Of a stretch of 64,000 nucleotides of DNA, positions 27,350 to 40,501 are shown piece after piece (positions within the stretch are counted from its first letter, which is position 1; every line of letters starts with the position of its first letter). Source of the DNA: Octopus bimaculoides (taxonomy: Eukaryota); assembly GCF_001194135.2 (NCBI RefSeq), contig NC_068981.1:59065650-59129649 (forward strand). Direction: 5' to 3'. The position numbers were made by a program, and so were the translations under genes. The notes beneath the pieces are model-generated. The model was not told where the DNA came from. It ran no database searches and was given only the letters and a program-made list of their open reading frames with translations.

Positions 27350-28000
27350 CTCCAGTTTACTGAGCATCTTCAGTCACAGCTCCTGAAATGGCGGAAGCGG
27401 TCACCTCGGGCCCAGTCCTGGGTAAAAGTATGCAGGCACCGTGTCTTCTGACTGTAGCAAACAGCACTCCAAATCATGTGACGAGGGAGAGAGGATGGTT
27501 ACAAGGTAAAGTCTCAAAACGTCGTCGGGAAGAATGCAAATGGAAAAAGACAACGATGTTACAGAAAAGTGGTGGACTACATCGGGAAACAAGAAAACAC
27601 GAAAGTGAAGAAGAAGGAGCATCATCTTCAAAACAATAATAATGCGCGATTTAAGAAGAACGATACTCCTCCTCATAGCAACACTGAAGACAATGACATG
27701 AAGGAAGATGAAGTGACATTCACAGTTCTCTGCGAGAGTAACCAGCGTCTAAGTGAAACAGTTAAAATGTATTAGTGTAGCGGGCGTTGTCTGGATATAC
27801 CAATGACCGATCTAAAAATGAGGACTGAATATTAGAAGCGTTAAATCCTAATAAAAACGAAATTGTTTTATTATCATATATTAATAGAAGAGCTTCCTGA
27901 CGAAGTGGAAATGATTCCTAGATAACGACTTGGTAGATGTGTGGAGATCAGGGCTGCTCTAACTCGACCTAGCCAGTGTGTAGGGAGTGAACACCAAACG
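27350..28000 (+). mobile_element. Possible 5' end/ORF1 of a degraded Tx1/L1-like non-LTR element
   Basis: GC-richer island with two overlapping basic/acidic ORF pieces (27388-27639, 27569-27775) and a downstream DNDLVDVWR similar to the APE L-x-D-x-W-R motif. Weak. Confidence 0.35.
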
Positions 28001-28065
28001 TGCATTTTCTTATTTTACTTTTTGCTGAAAATATAACTGGTTTGTTATTATGGTGTGTATTACGA

Positions 28066-28197
28066 AGGCGGTGAGCTGGTAGAATCATTAGCGGCATTTC
28101 GTTCGTCTTTACGTCCTGAATTCAAATTCCGCCGAGGCCGAAGTTGCCGTTCAGCCTTTAGGAATCTATAAAATAAATACCAGTTAAGCACTGGTAA
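28066..28197 (+). mobile_element. SINE type 1, 3'-truncated
   Basis: AAGGCGGTGAGCTGGTAGAATCATTAGC head. Confidence 0.8.
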
Positions 28198-28207
28198 TCT
28201 ATTACTC

Positions 28208-28567
28208 TGTCAGTCTGAATATTAAAGTCTAACAAAGTCTTGTAATTCATACTTTCTAGTACTTTACTAAGTTCATGTTCATACCATTTATCAGTATGTT
28301 CAAATCCTAGCGTTCTACATAGCTCCCAGTGGATTTCTCACCCTAGACTGTCATGTCTTTTCTTGTATTCGTTCTGTTCCAGCATGCTACATTCACTTAC
28401 TATATAAGTAACACTTTCCTCTTTTGATTTGCATAATCTACATTAGGAATTTACTTGTTTTTTGTCTATCTTGGCTTTTATCCAATTTGTCTTTAATGCT
28501 TGATCTTGTGCAGCTACTAACAAACATTCTGCCTCCTTCTTCAGCTTTCCGTTATGCAGTCATAACC
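28208..28567 (-). mobile_element. R4/Dong-clade fragment (family E), CCHC region
   Basis: Minus translation [73 protein letters not shown]. Confidence 0.85.
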
Positions 28568-28621
28568 ATATCTCACTACTCATTACCATGAATTACCATG
28601 AATTCTATTTACAAGAATACT

Positions 28622-28796
<175 letters not shown>

Positions 28797-29854
28797 TGTG
28801 TGTGTGTGTTTGTGTGTGTGTGCATGTGTGTGTGTGTGTATTCGTGTATATGTTTCATATATAGCTACACATAAAAGTATAACCCCGAGACATGTCAACA
28901 TTTTCAAAATAGATATGTTGTGTGTAACATTTGTTATTTTGCAGTACAGTTTGAGATTTCGATTGTCACCAGTTTTATCAGTCGGACGCCTTGGTTGTAA
29001 TAGATTAGCTGCTAAAGTGTGAGTAGAATGAAATAAGTAATTTATGTGTAATATAGTAGCTAATCCGAAGTGTCATTTCTGAAATGTAGAATAGTGAATT
29101 TTCTGTGAAAAATAATCAAAAATATGTTGTATGCATGAAAGGGGAGTGTTAAAAAGAGAATGTTGTGGGAAGAAGAGGTACAAGGACTTATTGGTAAACA
29201 AAATAACTAAGTACTTTTGTCTTACTCAATTGGAACTCTTGGACATTAAAGACCATTACTTTTCGACCGAAACACTGACTATTTCTCCAGGGAAAACTGT
29301 AGTGGAAAACACTGATGCATGAATCTTTATAATGCCATTAATATTATTTGGCCAAAAAAGATGTGTGGTCAGTCCAGATACTGATATAGGGAAACAGATA
29401 CAGAAACTCACCCCACACTTGCACATATGCATAAACACACANNNNNNNNNNGCACACACACACTCACACACACACACTCACACACACACATACACACACA
29501 CATACACACACACACTCACACACACACAGACACACACAAATACATCTCTCTCTTCTTATGTATGAGTGTCTATGTATATTTACGGTAATTCTGTTGTTGT
29601 ATATTAATAATACACACAGACAGACACACAGACGCACAACACACACACACACACACACACACATGTATACACATACATATATCTAACAAAGATACATCTA
29701 AATATATATATATAGTCTTATAGTGAGACACATATACGCATATGTATCTATATGTTTTACACACGAACACAAGTTCATATATACATACACACATAAAGAT
29801 ATCGTTCCTCCCCTCTTCTCCAACGTTCCTCTTCCTCTTTCTGGGTATGTGTAT

Positions 29855-29913
<59 letters not shown>

Positions 29914-30692
29914 NNNNNNNNNNNNNNNNNNNNNNNNNNNNNNNNNNNNNNNNNNNNNNNNNNNNNNNNNNNNNNNNNNNNNNNNNNNNNNNNNNNNNNN
30001 NNNNNNNNNNNNNNNNNNNNNNNNNNNNNNNNNNNNNNNNNNNNNNNNNNNNNNNNNNNNNNNNNNNNNNNNNNNNNNNNNNNNNNNNNNNNNNNNNNNN
30101 NNNNNNNNNNNNNNNNNNNNNNNNNNNNNNNNNNNNNNNNNNNNNNNNNNNNNNNNNNNNNNNNNNNNNNNNNNNNNNNNNNNNNNNNNNNNNNNNNNNN
30201 NNNNNNNNNNNNNNNNNNNNNNNNNNNNNNNNNNNNNNNNNNNNNNNNNNNNNNNNNNNNNNNNNNNNNNNNNNNNNNNNNNNNNNNNNNNNNNNNNNNN
30301 NNNNNNNNNNNNNNNNNNNNNNNNNNNNNNNNNNNNNNNNNNNNNNNNNNNNNNNNNNNNNNNNNNNNNNNNNNNNNNNNNNNNNNNNNNNNNNNNNNNN
30401 NNNNNNNNNNNNNNNNNNNNNNNNNNNNNNNNNNNNNNNNNNNNNNNNNNNNNNNNNNNNNNNNNNNNNNNNNNNNNNNNNNNNNNNNNNNNNNNNNNNN
30501 NNNNNNNNNNNNNNNNNNNNNNNNNNNNNNNNNNNNNNNNNNNNNNNNNNNNNNNNNNNNNNNNNNNNNNNNNNNNNNNNNNNNNNNNNNNNNNNNNNNN
30601 NNNNNNNNNNNNNNNNNNNNNNNNNNNNNNNNNNNNNNNNNNNNNNNNNNNNNNNNNNNNNNNNNNNNNNNNNNNNNNNNNNNNNNNNNNNN

Positions 30693-30738
<46 letters not shown>

Positions 30739-30748
30739 TCTCTCTCTC

Positions 30749-30779
<31 letters not shown>

Positions 30780-30995
30780 ATGTATATATATATATAGACA
30801 CGTAGCTGGAAATGACTTGAAGTGTAATAAACTAGATGGCGTTGCAAAAAGTTGCATGAAGTGTTGACACAGAATTGTCAGGCAGATAATTTACAAGATT
30901 AATGAAAGAGTGCTCTATATGTAACAGCGAGATGAGGCAGTTATTCAATAGAATCTTGTCCATGTATTTTAGCCGTGTTGATAACACAAATTATC

Positions 30996-31899
30996 GCTTC
31001 TAATTTAGGCACATAGCTTGATATTTTGGGAGTGGGATTTTGTCGATTTCATCAACCCCCATTGCTCATTATACTTATTTCATCGGCCTCGAAATGATGA
31101 ACGGCAAGGTCGACCTCTGCAGAATTTCAGCTCAGAACGTAAAGATAGACGAAACGCTGCTTAGCATTTTGTCCGGTGTACTAACGATTTTCCTAGCTCG
31201 TTGCCTTTTTCTACAAACGTTATAATGGTTTCGAATTTTGGCACAATGCCAGCGATCACTAATCTTAGCACGCACCTGGTACTTATTTTCTCGACTCCAA
31301 AAGGATGAAAATTCGACCTCGGTGGAATTTGAACTCAGTACGTAAAGACGGAAGAAACGCCGCTAAGCACTTTACCCGACATGCTAATGATTCTACCAGC
31401 TCGCCGCCTTACCTTTTTTCTATAATAGTAATAATGCTTTCAAGTTTTGGCACAAGGACAGAAATTTCGGTGAAGGGAAAGGCAAATTAGATCGAGCTAC
31501 TGTCCCCTGGCAGTAATATTATTGACCCCGAAATGATGAAAAGCAACGACGACCTCGGTGGAATTTGAACTCAGAATGTAAGGACGGACGAAATGGCCGC
31601 TAAGCATTTTGCCCAGCGTGCTAACGATTCTGCCAAATCGCTACCCTTTTCTATAAAAGTAATAATCCTTTTTACTATAGGAACAAGGCCTGAAATTTTG
31701 GTGGAGGAGGTGAGTCGATTACATCGACCCCAGTGCATAACTGGTACTTATTTCATCGATCCCGGAAGGATGAAATGCGTTGTCGACCTTAGCGGAATCA
31801 GAACTCAGAACGTGGAGACGGACGAAATACTGCTAAACATTATGCCCGGCGTGCTAACGACTCTATCAGCTCACCACCTTTTTCGAGAAAAGTAATAAT
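30996..31899 (-). mobile_element. Head-to-tail array of four SINE type 1 copies with a constant 16-nt spacer
   Basis: Copies at about 30996-31206, 31227-31410, 31436-31646 and 31667-31879; spacers at 31211-31226, 31420-31435, 31651-31666 and 31884-31899. Confidence 0.9.
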
Positions 31900-32515
31900 G
31901 ACACATCTTGTATCTCGTTTCCTTGAACGTTTGTGGTTGACTTAATCTGTCGTTCTGTTTATCATCACTACCTGACATTTGAGTGTCTCTAATGAAGCCC
32001 GCTGTGTTTCAAGCATTCAGGCCAAGTCTGTTGTCCGAAGATACTTTTCTTCTTTCATCCCTGTTCCTTGTATCAATCTGAGATGGTTTGTACAGGTTCA
32101 TGGGTACTGCTTTCCCTTCCAATTAAGTGATACAAAGCGCAGGAATAAGTGTAAACGAGCCTGCTTTTATGAGAGACTGCGCGCATATGAATACGTATCT
32201 CCATATGTGTATAAATATATACACATGAAGTATATAAATGTTACCGTATGCTTTTATGAATACATACGTGTCTGTGTGAGTGTGTGGATGTGGAGTTATA
32301 TGTATGCGAGCATATAGATAATTGTAGTAGTAGTAGTAGTAGGAGGAGGAGGAGGAGGAGGAGGAGGAGGAGGAGAGGAGGGGGTGGAGGAGTACTTGTA
32401 CCAGCAGCAGCAGCAGCAGCAATACCACCNNNNNNNNNNNNNNNNNNNNNNNNNNNNNNNNNNNNNNNNNNNNNNNNNNNNNNNNNNNNNNNNNNNNNNN
32501 NNNNNNNNNNNTACT

Positions 32516-32631
<116 letters not shown>

Positions 32632-32820
32632 CGGTTCCAAATTTTGGCACAAGACCAGCAGTTTCAGGAGTGGGATAAGTTGATTACATCGTCCCTAGTG
32701 CTGGACTGATACTTATTCTATCGACCTCCAAAGGATGAAAGGCAAAGTCGGTGGAGTCTGAATTCAGGACGTAAAGAAGGATGAAATGGCTGCTAAGATT
32801 TTTTTCGGCGTGCTAATGGT
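32632..32820 (-). mobile_element. SINE type 1 next to a long trinucleotide compound repeat (32325-32632)
   Basis: GGTTCCAAATTTTGGCACAAGACC..AAGGATGAAAGGCAAAGTCG. Confidence 0.85.
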
Positions 32821-33192
32821 ATGTAATTACTATCATTAACGGTATATAATTACTATCATTACGTAACACGATGGTTGATTTGTTCTCACTACTTACATTC
32901 ACAATTGAAATTCCGTCGATATCAACTTTGACTTTCATCCCTCCAGTGTCGATAAATTATAACACCAGCCAACGTACTGCAGATTATATATAATCGACAG
33001 TTGCCGTCCTTCCAGTTTCAGGCCTTGCATCTACATTAGAAACAATAAATACAGATATTTGCGAAGAGGAAACAGTCAATTAATTTAATTTATCGACACC
33101 AGAAGATTCAATAGCAATGTGTAACAACATACACGAATAAACATTTCACCGCCAGGTATTTTGTCCGCCACTCTATTGATTCTAATATCCAA

Positions 33193-33230
<38 letters not shown>

Positions 33231-34929
33231 ATGGGTGTGCGGGCGCGTGCATGTGTGTGTGTATGTATAACTGTTGAATACTTTAAATACTTAATGCATT
33301 GAATTATTATCCTTTTCTAATATGATAAATTATTGAAAATATCTTATTTGGAATTAAGCTTTTATATCACTTGGTCGAAGATATGCGCCGTCTTATGTAG
33401 TTCTGATCTATAAGACTTAAGGCAGTTCATGCAGCTTTTCGAATATGTTTTCATTCTCATGGATAACAGACCCTTATATTGTTTGCTATATACTTATGCA
33501 TATTTACATGTTCCTATGCCTCGATATCTATCTATCTATCTATCTATCTATCTGTCTGTCTGTCTGTCTGTCTGTCTGTGTACATACATAAATGGAAATA
33601 TGTACAGAAATATGTACATACAAATGCATATATAGGAATACATCTACAGATTCCATGTTTTACTCTCTCCCCATCACACTCGCACGTAAAACGTGTCCTC
33701 TACATATAGAGGCTAACTGTGATTAAATTTGCCAGATGGCTAATGCGCATTTGCGGATTACAGCAATAGTATTAAGTAGAGGTCAATGACCCAATGTTTA
33801 GCACTAATGGATCAATAAAAAGCTGTACAGCTTTTTATGACGATGCACTGTAAGAAGAGGGATCATGGTCTCTTTGAAATGAAGCTTACTTCACAATTTG
33901 AGCTAAATAGATGCTGTCTTTTTCTCTCTCCCTTTCACATGTTTCATGTTTCATTGGAACAAGGTTACAAGGATCTACGGCTTGTCTATATCTGTTTATG
34001 ACTACTTGGGTCCCTAAAACCAAGAGAATACATGGTGCATGATAATGAACTGTTCATTAGTGCTAGAGAAATGGTTAATGTGGTAGTCTTAAGAAGTTCG
34101 AAGCTGCTAACCGGAAATAAACTTGTAATTTGCGTGTGATGGTCTTGGGTCTGAGGAGCCTGAGATCTTGTTTAAATAACCAATCAGCCGTATCTTTGGA
34201 TTGCGATGCTTGCTCTTATTCAGGGACGTGCCAATAAAAGGAAGGCTATCTCTCCCATGCTTCTTAACATAACCCAAATGATGTAACATGTGGGTTTCTC
34301 ATTTCTAGAGTTAATATAAACTAGGAAACATCAAATTGGTTTTCGATTATGAATGTTAAAACGATGTTATTGGATGCAGTCCATTCTAGAGGTACCGAAT
34401 GATGGAAATCTGCGCTAGTTCATAGGGCATTAAAATGATATAATATCCCTACACTTTCAGAAACATAGCCGAGAGGACAAGGAGGGTTACGAGAACAAAA
34501 CCACAGCTTATTCTGGTTAAATGAACAAGGGCTGTTAAAAGATTAATAATGGAACTTGAAGCGGGACGAAATTCAGTCCCCTGCTGATTCTAACAAAGTA
34601 AAGACATTCTACATCTTATGAGAATGATATATGGCCCCCAGAAATATGTCAACACACCGATAAAGTGCAAGTATGGGTCACGTCTCTATATCGAATAAAA
34701 CGATATTACAAAACGTTTTCATGGACGTTTTATTGAGGTACTAAGTTGGTATATATACCATGTAAGCCTTGGAAGTTAGAAAACAACTTCTGGCCAGAAG
34801 ATAATAGATTAGATATGTTGCTGAAAACTGCTACCCAAGAGTCAAAATTGAAGAACGCTTTTGATTTTGTTAGCATTCCTACAAAAGCCTATAGTTACTG
34901 TTCAGAAACGTGATGCAGCAGTTCAAACT

Positions 34930-35210
34930 TGAAGAGATACTCGACAAATTAAATGCAAGGAAAATTCTCCTCAGGCAATTGCAAAAAAATATTTGAGCAA
35001 ATTCTTCCCGAAAATCAATGTAGGTTTTATATGTTGAGGATTACCATAGACATGGTTTACACCTTGCAAAAAATTCAAGAAAAGCCATCTGTCAACGGAG
35101 TCTTATTCAATGATTTGACAAAGGTCTCTGACATTGTATCAAGAGAGATCTTATAGTCACAACTCAAAGATATAGGTTTCTAGACAAATCTTTAAAGCTG
35201 GTCAGCCATT
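34930..35210 (+). mobile_element. RTE RT fragment
   Basis: QILPENQCRF..TIDMVYTLQKIQEK..LFNDLTKVSDIVSREIL, matching RTE PESQCGFR..STxDMIF..QEK..DLTKAFD. Confidence 0.8.
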
Positions 35211-35249
35211 ACACTCACTCACACACGCACACACTCACACACACACACA

Positions 35250-35298
<49 letters not shown>

Positions 35299-36099
35299 CA
35301 CACACACATGCACATACGCATGCACGCATGCACGCATGCACGCATGCACGCATGCACGCATACACGCACACACTCACACACACACTACACGCACACTGGA
35401 CACACATTTACACACACACACACGTAATTGCTACGTTTATTGTACTGGATCAGTCAATTTTACAAAGAAAAACATTTGCTGAATACGCATTAGACCGATG
35501 GTTGCCATTGGCCCATGCAAATCAGTTTGTTGTTTGTGATGCTTATCTAGAAAATAATATGAATGTTATTGGCTTTTGCAGCTACAGTGGAAGAGAATAT
35601 ATTTAAATTTATCGTTCGATTATCAAAGGAATCTACTTTGCAACACATACCATTTTGACTGGTTATAGAAATGAAATGGATCGCAGTTGTTCAGAAGAGA
35701 AATGGATAATATTTCCGATTCCTGCTCAACCGAATTACTGGTTGTTTTCAGATTTAGAATACTTTCATCAATCATAATCTGCAGTTCCTTGCTCTGTTGT
35801 TAAAAGGAGTAGATTATCTGAGAAGATATCTAAGAAGTTCTATACGATGCACCCTATCGAATAAATTGAAAGCATAATTAAACGCATGCTATGGCAAACA
35901 TTCTTCTATAAAATAAGTATTACAAGAACACTAGCAGAAAGTATGAATTGGAACAAGAAAATTTCTCCTCAAATTAAACTACTTGAAAACTTTTAATCCA
36001 ACATTTTATGCTTGGTGAGATTCTGAGACCACTCTCCACCTCCTCAAAACAAAGAAAAAGCAACAAGGCGTTCAAGCAATGCTCCCGGCTTCTATATAA

Positions 36100-36400
36100 T
36101 TGAGTTAACACACGGGAGTTTTGTGAGATTTAGTTAATCTGAAATCACTGCAATTTTTGCTGTTAGTGATGATATAGTCAAGCAGGTGCCAATTACCAGA
36201 CCGGAAATGCTTCCAGGTGTTGCTTCTATGTGTTTTTTAATTTTTCATTTATCTGCCTGCTGAAATACTGTTTGTGATTATTAGACCGAACTGTTGACAA
36301 AAAGGCAGCAGTCGAAAACTGCTTGCATTCATCTTTCCTGCTCCATGATTTCCTATTACTTTTCAGCACACTCTGTGTTTGTTGACTCTTTCATGCAAAA
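36100..36400 (-). mobile_element. RTE APE-endonuclease fragment
   Basis: IGNHGAGKMNASSFRLLPFCQQFGLIIT and TWKHFRSGNWHLLDYIIT. Confidence 0.8.
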
Positions 36401-36675
36401 TTCCATGGATTTAAAAACCAGGAAATCCGATCGATGATTTTATTTCTTGAGGATTATATAAACCCAATATTCCAGTCTACTATAGCAGTATTTAATGCCT
36501 GAACTATTTTTATTTACATATTTTGAAGTTGCTCCCCTATAATGATTCTGAAATTTTGTATATCTAAATAGGTATGTGTGTTTGCCTTTATACTGCTTTA
36601 TGTATTTATGCTCAATTATATGTAAAAGGTATACATAGTTAAGTGAGTATAAATAAATATATATATATATACATA

Positions 36676-36848
36676 CAGGGTTGGCCAAAATTCACCTAAT
36701 AGTAAATCGAAACCATATAATTCCAAGATATATTTATGTTTAACAACTGAATGAGTAAACTAAAAGCATCTAAATATGAAACATCATGAATTACAGATAG
36801 TATTTATGGAAATTTGATTTACTGTCGGGGGACTTTTGGCCAAACCTG
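36676..36848. mobile_element. Tc1/mariner MITE (173 bp) in a TA repeat
   Basis: TIRs CAGGGTTGGCCAAAATTCACCTAATAGTAAATC and CAGGTTTGGCCAAAAGTCCCCCGACAGTAAATC (27/33); TA flanks. Confidence 0.85.
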
Positions 36849-36872
36849 TATATATATATATATATATATATG

Positions 36873-37613
36873 TATACAGGACGTAACCAGCTGTGAAAAC
36901 AACATATAATACGTAGACAAGTGAGTTAAATACGTAAACAACGAGAGAAAAAAAGGAAAACAAGACAGGTAAACACAGAGAACAAGACAACTTCATCAGT
37001 TGTTGGCTGTCTATCTACTCCTCATTTCGAGCATTCAAAGACAATATGAGTCTTCAAAGACAGTTGCTTTCATAAATTCTAAAATAGAATTTAGGATTTA
37101 TGAAGAGAGCATAAACAGGACGGTGGAAACATACAAGGAAACCGAACGAAAACAAACATGGAGGGTCGTTAGACGAGAACAAAAGATAAATAGTGAACGC
37201 TGGGAGAAAGTGAACGCAGGAAAAGAAAGATGGTCACGTGAGGAAAGGAAAGATGGACAATGGTGACGTGTGAGCAACGAGAGGGAGAGAGAGAGAGAGA
37301 GAGAAAACGAGAAAGAGGGGGAAAGAGAAAGACATATAGAAAACGGTGAAAGAGAGATGAGAGAAAAAGGGAATTAGAGAAGGATGGAGGAAGAAAACAG
37401 TATAGAGTAGAGTTACATCAAAAAGGTGAAGGTAAGCTTACTTGGAAATGGATGCGTGGCGTTCAATTAAATAATAATAATAATAAATAATATATATATA
37501 TATATATGCATGTATGGGTATAGGACATCACCAACTGTGTAAACAACATGAAATATGTAGACAACCGAGTTAAATACGTAAACAACGAGAGAAGAAATGG
37601 AAAACAGGACAAG
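36873..37613 (-). mobile_element. Penelope-like non-autonomous element with ~95-bp direct repeats and a GA-rich body
   Basis: 36873-36968 is repeated at 37519-37613 (pLTR-like); degenerate TGAAGA..GCTCGAAA and CTGATGAAG motifs on the minus strand at 36990-37062. Confidence 0.5.
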
Positions 37614-38345
37614 TTATCTGTGCTTAATTGGAGTCAAGTTGGAATGTTTCATACCAGATATAGAGGTTTTGCGCATGGCACGTTGCAGCTCAATTGAACA
37701 TGTTATCTTGACTCAAATGAGATGGGTCGGACATGTTATTAGAATGAAAGACGAGCGTTTGCCAAAGCGTCTTTTTTATGGTGACCTTAACTCTGGTAAG
37801 CGACCACAACATAAGCCGAGTAAAAGGTATAAAGACTGTGTGAATGAAAATCTGAAAAAACTAGATATGAACAAAAGTGATTGGGAAAATGATGCTCTAG
37901 ATCGGAACAAGTGGAGAGGTGCTGTTAGGACTGGTTGCAATACCTAGGAGGAAAAGATGATTCAGCACTCTGAACTTAAAAGAACCTGTCGCAAAGAAAC
38001 AATTGGAACTGTAATCAACAGTGAACAGTGGATATGTATTATATATTGTCAAAAGCAGGATACGTGAATCATATGAAGTCGCATGAAAATCGTAATGCCC
38101 AGATAGGTAATGATCTTGGACATCAACCACGTCTTACGACTTTTATCATATATTAAAAAACTTGTAAGGCAATATCTGGAGTTAAAAGACATATGCTAGT
38201 TCACAAAAACATTCCTTCAGAATTAGATTCCAAAGGGCACAGATATAGAAGAAACTTGAATAATATGTCACTTGTGTTTTAAAACTTGTCAGTTTGTATC
38301 TGGTCTTAAAAGTCACCGAAAGGCTCATCAACGGAGTGATTGTAC
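37614..38345 (+). mobile_element. RTE 3' fragment ending in three C2H2 zinc-finger motifs
   Basis: IPDIEVL..QMRWVGHVIRMKDERLPKRLFYGDL..RYKD..W..DALDRNKWR, then WIC..KAGYVNHMKSH, KTCKAISGVKRHMLVH and CHLCFKTCQFVSGLKSHRKAH. Confidence 0.85.
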
Positions 38346-38423
38346 TGTGTGATCGGATGTGGTGTGTATGTTGAGGTGACGGCTGTCATCTCTCAAGATG
38401 AAGCAATCATATATATATATATA

Positions 38424-38475
<52 letters not shown>

Positions 38476-38520
38476 NNNNNNNNNNATGTGTACTTAAGTT
38501 TTTAATAATTCTTTATATAA

Positions 38521-38556
<36 letters not shown>

Positions 38557-38939
38557 TATGTGTATGTGTGCATGTACAACTGAATGTGTTTGTACATATG
38601 TGTGTCTGAGTAGGATTTACAATGTATATATGTGCGTGTATCTCTACATGCTTGTATGTGCGTGTGAGTATATATATGTATGCATATGTGTCTATAGATA
38701 CACATATGTATGCGTTCGTTTGCACAGATTTGTATGCATGTGTATTTATATTGTGTGAATATGTATGTGTTTTTATATGTATTTAGTTATGTGTATGTGT
38801 TTATACTTGCTTGTATATGGACTAATGATTGTCTCCGTGTTGTCTGTATTTATATTAATAGGTATAAGAATATATAACTTTGTGAGTGTAGCTGTGTACT
38901 TTTTAGCATATTAATGCTTATGCGTATGTTCTATGTAGG

Positions 38940-39135
38940 CGTGAGTACTGTCTTGGTTTCACGGCAGTTCAAAGATATTTTGAGGCGTACTCAGAAAATG
39001 TGATTAGAATTAACTTTTTAACCCCATATGAAAATTACTGTTGTTCAGTACTAGCATTTGGTTTAATCTCTATATCTTCAGCCGTCTTTCCCCTGTTGAA
39101 TTCGTTTATATGTACTTTTATATACTATTTAACAC

Positions 39136-39214
<79 letters not shown>

Positions 39215-39288
39215 TCACTCCTCGGGTTCGAACTCGGAATCTTGGGGTTAGTTAGCCCGCGCTCTTAATCACTACACCATATGCCCGT
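38940..39288 (-). mobile_element. tRNA-like head + (AAT)n + tail with a decayed hammerhead-like fold
   Basis: Head 39211-39288 is the same family as 49191-49265; (AAT)n at 39137-39210; tail 38942-38993 has a TGAGTAC/GTACTCA stem enclosing CTCAAAA..GAAACCAAGAC. Confidence 0.6.
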
Positions 39289-39749
39289 ATTTGCAACTAT
39301 TTTACTTCCTCTCCTTATGCGTTCCTTTTTTTGTTGTTATCACTAAGAATGGCCAATTCACCGAACTTAGATGCAGCCCCTTAATAAATATGAAACAACA
39401 TTTATTTATCTTTACTGACCATATTAAGCTAATCTTATTTAGTCTCGATCTTTTATAGTTTGTATATATACAGAGAAAACTTTTGTATGTATACTAAGAG
39501 TTGCCGCATCGATGTAACCATTATTTTCTGGTGACTGGTTAAGCTAGCTTTCTTGATCTACACTGATTTATAAATAGACAATTATACTGTATACTACGTG
39601 GTATGCATATCTGTAGAGTCATGTAAATGTAATTTATTATACAATGAAATTATTATTACATGAACAAGACAGCGAAACGGCCGTAACCCTGAGGATGACA
39701 AGTGGTTAAATAAAAATATTTCCCTATCATACCGTCTGACTTTCTATGG

Positions 39750-39819
<70 letters not shown>

Positions 39820-39852
39820 CACACACATGCACGCATGCACACACGCATACAT

Positions 39853-40180
39853 GGTGAAGGTGCGTGGCTTCGTAGTTAGAGTATTCGGCTAACGATCATA
39901 AAGTTGTTGAGTTCAAATCCCGGCGACGCGTTATGTGCTTCAGCAAGATATTTTATGACACTTTGCTACAGTCCACTCAACTGACAAAAATGAGTGGTAC
40001 CGGATTTCAAAGGGCCAGCCTTGTCACATCCTGTGTCACGTTGCGTCTCCCTGAGAACTATGTTAAAGGGATGCGTGTCTATTGAACGCTCTGCCCCTTG
40101 CACGTTAATATCATGGGTAGGTTATCCCGTTGATCGGATCAACAGGAGCCGTCGTCGTCGTAATCGACAGAGTGACATCT
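39853..40180 (+). mobile_element. SINE type 3 (tRNA head, CORE-like centre)
   Basis: GGTGCGTGGCTTCGTAGTTAG..GAGTTCAAATCCCGG..CAGTCCACTCAACTGACAAAAATGAG. Confidence 0.75.
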
Positions 40181-40460
40181 TACATTGCTGGTTATAATGC
40201 ACTTCACATCATTTTAGCTTTGGAATGAAGGCATTCCGCTGGCAAACATTTTCCATATAACATACACACATTCATAGACTATATTGTGGGGAAGCCATTT
40301 AATTACATATGAAACTGTTAAATTCAAAATTAAGGTGAATTTAAAAGCTGTGTGTATTTCTAAATAGCTCTCCTACAATCTAGTTGCTTCAGTAGGAACG
40401 CACATTCTCAGTCAATTGCTAGACATGTGCAAATCTCTCTCTCTCTTCTTCTCTCTCTTT

Positions 40461-40501
<41 letters not shown>

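Noticed and set aside
29150-29400. Possible APE endonuclease remnant
   Set aside because: Only a loose SPDTDIG resemblance; too degraded to call.
30996-31899. CRISPR-like repeat/spacer appearance
   Set aside because: Eukaryotic context, no cas genes, and the long units are SINEs.
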